A stretch of 33,689 nucleotides of DNA from a virus: the IMG/VR virus record IMGVR_UViG_3300045988_054881, one strand, 5' to 3'. The position numbers and the translations under genes are program-made. Below, one piece after another: positions 32,260-33,689 of this stretch; within the stretch, counting starts at the first letter, position 1; each line of letters starts with the position of its first letter. Below the pieces are notes generated by a model, which saw only the letters and a list, made by a program, of their open reading frames with translations, did not search any database and was not told the origin of the DNA.

Positions 32260-33379
32260 CTTCGTCGAACTTGTTTCTAATCTCCGTTAAGGAAGGATCA
32301 ATGTTAAACAATTGGGATAACTCTCGAGAAATACGCTCTCTCACCTTCAATAGGCTGTTTCTGTAGACTTTCTGCAACTCCTTGATAACTTCACCAGAAG
32401 CATTAGAAAAGGTCAGCAACGAACTGTCAATGAGCGGTAGCGGTATGTTATATGCAGCTATCGCAATATCCTTTCGTAGAGGTTCGACATAAGCCCGGTA
32501 CAAGTCCTTATCAATGGCTGTTCCTAACTGATCCACTTTGATAAATGGTTTGTCGGTGGCTACGTTCTCATCCCGGACGGTCAGAACTGATCCCGCGTTT
32601 TCACTACCCATCATTTCCTCAAGTGTCTTGCGAAACTCGTTTTGCGCTGCTTCCGTCTCAAAGTCACCGTGTGAAACAATTGAACACATGTGAAAGCCCC
32701 TGCCCAACGTACGGTTAACATAACGGCCGTTCTTGTCTTCTGCGCCCATCTCGTTACGTACTGCATGGAATAGGCTTAACGGGTACGGCCGTGTCGTTCC
32801 AAGGTTCACATACAAAAGCTGCCCTTTGTGATTTTCGATGCCGCCACACTCTTCGACTTCTGCCGCAAAGTTATTCGGATCAAAAGTTGGGTACGAAGTT
32901 GAGTTTTGTGCTATATTGGTAGCTTTAACAGACTGCCTGTCCCAGTTATTGAAAACACGCCACTTCTTCACGTGCGGATCATTCAGATAATTATCGTTCA
33001 GTTCTGCACGGACGTAATCGAAGGGGACGGGATAGATGTCAACGGGTTTGTAGCCTACAGGCGTTATCCCATATTGCACAATCCACGCCCACCCTTTGAA
33101 TCTTGAAATGTCGTTGGCAGTAAACTCGAGAATATCGTTCATGTTCAAGCCGTTTTGGTTTGTCTTGTCTGCGAAATCTTTATTCCTAAAGCCTTCACAA
33201 ATGATATTCTCGGTCATCTTTTCAACTGCCGCACTTGCCGTTTTCGAGGCATAAATAAGTTCTGCAATCTCCTGCGGATATAAATTGTTTTCTCCGTAGT
33301 TCATGATCTTATCGCCTGTGTTGGCTGTCAGCTTCAACGCCCGCTCTACAATTAAAGAAAAACGACTAAAACATGCCAT
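32222..33379 (-). CDS. Portal protein (putative).
   Basis: 385 aa. 'YGENNLYPQEIAELIYASKTASAAVEKM' and 'LRKDIAIAAYNIPLPLIDSS' resemble conserved portal segments. This rests on pattern recollection and has not been searched. Confidence 0.55.
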   Translation of the reverse strand: MACFSRFSLIVERALKLTANTGDKIMNYGENNLYPQEIAELIYASKTASAAVEKMTENIICEGFRNKDFADKTNQNGLNMNDILEFTANDISRFKGWAWIVQYGITPVGYKPVDIYPVPFDYVRAELNDNYLNDPHVKKWRVFNNWDRQSVKATNIAQNSTSYPTFDPNNFAAEVEECGGIENHKGQLLYVNLGTTRPYPLSLFHAVRNEMGAEDKNGRYVNRTLGRGFHMCSIVSHGDFETEAAQNEFRKTLEEMMGSENAGSVLTVRDENVATDKPFIKVDQLGTAIDKDLYRAYVEPLRKDIAIAAYNIPLPLIDSSLLTFSNASGEVIKELQKVYRNSLLKVRERISRELSQLFNIDPSLTEIRNKFDEDGIPANDVPAVI

Positions 33380-33395
33380 ATATTAATTCTCCTTT

Positions 33396-33689
33396 TTAGT
33401 TAAGTTGCACAAATTGTTCCGCGTATGCCGGGTTTTCTTTGATAAGACGCTCGGCAATCTCGTCCGTCATGTTGGCGGCTTTATAGATAACGCCGTCCGC
33501 ATAATGTACGATACGTGCGCCTGGTTTCATAGCCCATTTGTAAACCTGCCCGGTCAGATACTTTGACTGATACCAAAGTTCTACAAACTCCATGTCCATG
33601 TGACAGTTGTAATCCAGTTTTAAACCTGTATACTCAAAATACTTGTCTACCTTTTCTTTCAAAGTATTCAGTACAGGTATTTCTGTACC
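33396..33689 (-). CDS. 3' part of the junction-spanning tandem-repeat protein gene (see 1..205).
   Basis: The frame is open to the end of the window. The 'M' at 33662 in the ORF track is an internal TTG codon. Stop TAA at 33396-33398. Confidence 0.65.
   Translation of the reverse strand, partial: GTEIPVLNTLKEKVDKYFEYTGLKLDYNCHMDMEFVELWYQSKYLTGQVYKWAMKPGARIVHYADGVIYKAANMTDEIAERLIKENPAYAEQFVQLN

Noticed and set aside
33635-33689. The terminal direct repeat as a biological DTR or packaging end.
   Set aside because: An exact 55-nt overlap is the signature of de Bruijn assembly of a circular or permuted molecule. It lies inside a gene whose frame reads through the junction. True physical ends cannot be inferred from this window.
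1-33689. Lysogeny module, tRNA genes, a reverse transcriptase/DGR, and toxin-antitoxin or known defence/anti-defence cassettes.
   Set aside because: I looked for integrase, recombinase or repressor motifs, cloverleaf-like GC-rich ~75-nt segments, and the YxDD RT motif. None was recognised. The repeated non-coding modules are not DGR template/variable repeats, because neither copy lies in a gene and no RT is present.

Overview
The window is a complete, circularly closed genome of a tailed dsDNA phage. Bases 1-55 are identical to 33635-33689, so the unit length is 33,634 bp. Every credible gene lies on the minus strand, and all long plus-strand ORFs are antisense artefacts.

Promoter boxes of the Bacteroidota type (TAnnTTTG), a Bacteroidota-style surface-lipoprotein signal and near-absence of Shine-Dalgarno sites point to a Bacteroidota host. 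This host assignment is inference.

The genome splits into two almost equal transcription halves.

(i) An early/replication half runs from 29758 down to 13908. It encodes small early proteins, a DUF2800-type PD-(D/E)XK nuclease, a DUF2815-type SSB, a metallophosphoesterase, a family A DNA polymerase, a VirE-type primase-helicase, a lipoprotein moron, a DUF3310-domain protein, a VRR-NUC nuclease, an SNF2 helicase and a tandem array of a novel small domain.

(ii) A late half runs from 13017 down through the junction to 30288. It encodes TerS, TerL, tail-like proteins, a 1018-aa tape-measure-like protein, a protease/scaffold protein, the major capsid protein, three paralogous structural proteins, a junction-spanning tandem-repeat protein, the portal, a holin, a GH108 endolysin and a spanin-like protein.

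No integrase, repressor, tRNA or CRISPR array was recognised.

The most unusual content is non-coding:
- Two paralogous ~200-bp modules with a 29-nt identical core, one at the head of each half.
- A hairpin within those modules that keeps its pairing through compensatory changes between the two copies.
- 12 TGTGACA sites confined to the two intergenic regions.
- A perfect 23-bp inverted repeat in the late-side region and three operator-like palindromes in the early-side region.
- A phage-specific promoter cassette of fixed geometry, present in six precise copies plus one degenerate copy.
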